This document shows positions 30,771 to 32,000 of a stretch of DNA of 32,000 bases, piece after piece. The notes under the pieces are model-generated. The model was not told where the DNA came from and ran no database searches. It worked only from the letters and a program-made list of their open reading frames with translations. Origin of the DNA: Vicinamibacterales bacterium. GTDB taxonomy: Bacteria; Acidobacteriota; Vicinamibacteria; Vicinamibacterales; UBA2999. The number at the start of each line of letters is the position of its first letter. Position 1 is the first letter of the stretch. Both the position numbers and the translations under genes were made by a program. The DNA is taken from assembly GCA_050748045.1 (NCBI GenBank), contig JBOGIW010000125.1:1453-33452 (forward strand), written 5' to 3'.

Positions 30771-30945
30771 GGGACATCCTCCTCAGGCTCCGCGCAGCAG
30801 CATGTCTGCCCGCGGCGGAAAAGTGCCATCCCCGATGTGACGAAGGGTGGGGCTTCGAGTGCTGCCCTCCCCTCAGCGAACCGGACCGAGAAGCCGAACC
30901 CCGAGTTTGAAGCCTGGCGTCGATGTGCGACGGCGGAAAGAATGC

Positions 30946-30972
30946 GAGACGGTCCTGAACCAGGACCGTCTC
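30946..30972 (-). promoter_or_regulatory. perfect 12-bp-stem hairpin in the putative leader of the TonB-dependent receptor gene (terminator/attenuator-like)
   Basis: GAGACGGTCCTG-aac-CAGGACCGTCTC. On the minus strand it is followed by GCATTCTTTCC. It lies 176-202 nt upstream of the start codon at 30770. Confidence 0.35.
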
Positions 30973-31039
30973 GATCAATGAATGCAGCGGAGACTGAACG
31001 ATGGCGCGGCGGACGGAATCATGGATGGAAAACGCGGCC

Positions 31040-31048
31040 ATACTAGCA
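31040..31048 (-). promoter_or_regulatory. candidate extended -10 promoter element TGCTAGTAT for the TonB-dependent receptor gene
   Basis: The minus strand reads …CCATGCTAGTATGG…, with the same TAGTAT hexamer as the recA promoter. There is no convincing -35. It would give a ~260-nt leader. Confidence 0.3.
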
Positions 31049-31200
31049 TGGTTCGGGACACCGGGCGCACGGGATCACGCACGCCGGCTGGCGTGACGGC
31101 CCGACGCCCTGGGATCGAACCACGTCCATCCACGTGCACGTTCCTGGACGGGGAGCCCTCAGGCTAACCCGTCAGGTCCACGGCCCGTCAAACTCACCAG

Positions 31201-31776
31201 ATGCCGGAGATCGACGACGCCGCCGCAGTGGCCAGGGCCCGCGGCGGCGACAGCGAGGCGTTCCGCCTGCTCGTCGAGCGCCACAGCCGCAGTGTCTACA
31301 AGGTGGCCTTCCGCATCACCGGCCGCGCCGAGGACGCCGAAGACGTCGTCCAGGACACGTTCCTGAAGGCGTACCGGCAGCTCGACCGCTTCGAGGAACG
31401 GGCGAGCTTCGGCACCTGGCTGCACCGGATCGCGTGGAACTCGTCGGTGGACCTGCTGCGGGCGCGACCGAAGCGCGAGCAGGCCGAGGAGGCTGAGACG
31501 TTGGAGCACCTGGGATCATCGTCGCCGGCGACCGCCACGAGCGCCGGGTCGCCCTCGCCGGAGCGGCTGATGGCCAGCGTGCAGGTGAGCGACCGGCTGA
31601 AGGCCGCGATGGGGCGGCTCTCCGCGCTCGAGCGCGCGGCGTTCGTGATGCGGCATTACGAGGGGCGCACGATCGACGAGATCAGCCGGGCGCTCGACAT
31701 CCGGCAGAACGCGGCGAAGCACAGCATCTTTCGCGCGGTACGCAAGATGCGGATCGCGCTGGAGCCCTTCGTGTGA
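31201..31776 (+). CDS. ECF-type RNA polymerase sigma-70 family factor
   Basis: 191 aa. Region 2 is FRLLVERHSRSVYKVAFRITGRAEDAEDVVQDTFLKAYRQLDRF…FGTWLHRIAWNSSVDLLR. Region 4 is LERAAFVMRHYEGRTIDEISRALDIRQNAAKHSIFRAVRKMR. Confidence 0.9.
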   Translation: MPEIDDAAAVARARGGDSEAFRLLVERHSRSVYKVAFRITGRAEDAEDVVQDTFLKAYRQLDRFEERASFGTWLHRIAWNSSVDLLRARPKREQAEEAETLEHLGSSSPATATSAGSPSPERLMASVQVSDRLKAAMGRLSALERAAFVMRHYEGRTIDEISRALDIRQNAAKHSIFRAVRKMRIALEPFV

Positions 31777-31793
31777 GGGCGGCGGACGTGACC

Positions 31794-32000
31794 ATGCATC
31801 TCACCGACGACGACCTCGTCCTGCATTACTACGGCGAGATGAGCGAGGCGGCCGAGGCGCGCGCGTGCGCGCACCTGGGCGAGTGCCACACCTGCCGCGA
31901 GACCCTCGCACGACTGCAGCGCGTGATGGCGGCGATCGACTCGGCGCCAGTGCCCGAGCCCGACGACTGGTACGAGCGCCGCACGTGGGCGCGGCTCGAG
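31794..32000 (+). CDS. anti-sigma factor, zf-HC2 type, N-terminal part (runs off right edge)
   Basis: Own translation MHLTDDDLVLHYYGEMSEAAEARACAHLGECHTCRETLARLQRVMAAID…, with the H-x3-C-x2-C motif. It starts 18 nt after the sigma stop; an in-frame GTG at 31773 would overlap that stop. It is not in the ORF track because it is open-ended. Confidence 0.75.
   Translation, partial: MHLTDDDLVLHYYGEMSEAAEARACAHLGECHTCRETLARLQRVMAAIDSAPVPEPDDWYERRTWARLE

Noticed and set aside
30771-31048. A cobalamin riboswitch in the long leader of the TonB-dependent receptor, and likewise in 13770-13943 upstream of the B12-radical-SAM operon.
   Set aside because: I looked for the B12 box (GCCACTG-type core) and the conserved GGGAA / GGTG…AATCC elements and found none. 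The 12-bp hairpin sequence CAGGACCGTCTC only superficially resembles the B12-box region.
31100-31135. A tRNA- or tmRNA-like T-arm (GGTTCGATCC on the minus strand).
   Set aside because: The flanking sequence does not form a T-stem with 5 proper pairs. There is no complementary acceptor stem, anticodon arm or CCA context, so this is an isolated chance match.

Overview
Very GC-rich bacterial chromosomal window with many antisense shadow ORFs. The gene content (CarboxypepD_reg-type TonB-dependent receptor, TPR-fused sulfatase-like enzyme, secreted beta-helix proteins) suggests a soil Acidobacteriota-like organism; that assignment is inference only. I support about 24 protein genes and one tRNA. 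Housekeeping genes are htpG, recA and tRNA-Phe(GAA), plus an ECF sigma/anti-sigma pair divergent from a TonB-dependent receptor. Accessory genes are a FAD-oxidoreductase::Rieske fusion coupled to a sulfatase/NPP-like TPR enzyme, two paralogous secreted beta-helix proteins, a mazEF-like toxin-antitoxin pair with a perfect palindromic operator, a CN-hydrolase, a small GNAT and a tandem-ACT protein. The main finding is a tightly coupled seven-gene operon of about 10.5 kb (13944-24412, + strand). It encodes a class-III aminotransferase fused to an acyl-ACP-reductase-like domain, three divergent cobalamin-type radical SAM enzymes, two ~400-aa GNAT-fold acyltransferases and an alpha/beta hydrolase. 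A SAM-methyltransferase/beta-helix pair is transcribed divergently from it. I do not recognise this combination as a characterised pathway; it looks like a route to a radical-tailored, N-acylated long-chain amine or lipid. Other notable structure: htpG is bracketed by ~180-bp direct repeats that duplicate the recA promoter, 5'UTR and first codons. A dispersed GATC-containing heptamer-repeat element occurs at three loci, and two copies form a perfect 23-bp inverted repeat. One beta-helix protein carries a CBM-like domain nested inside a PKD domain and duplicated in tandem. All calls come from hand translation, motif memory and the ORF track, with no database search. Hand-counted coordinates of small elements may be off by 1-2 nt.
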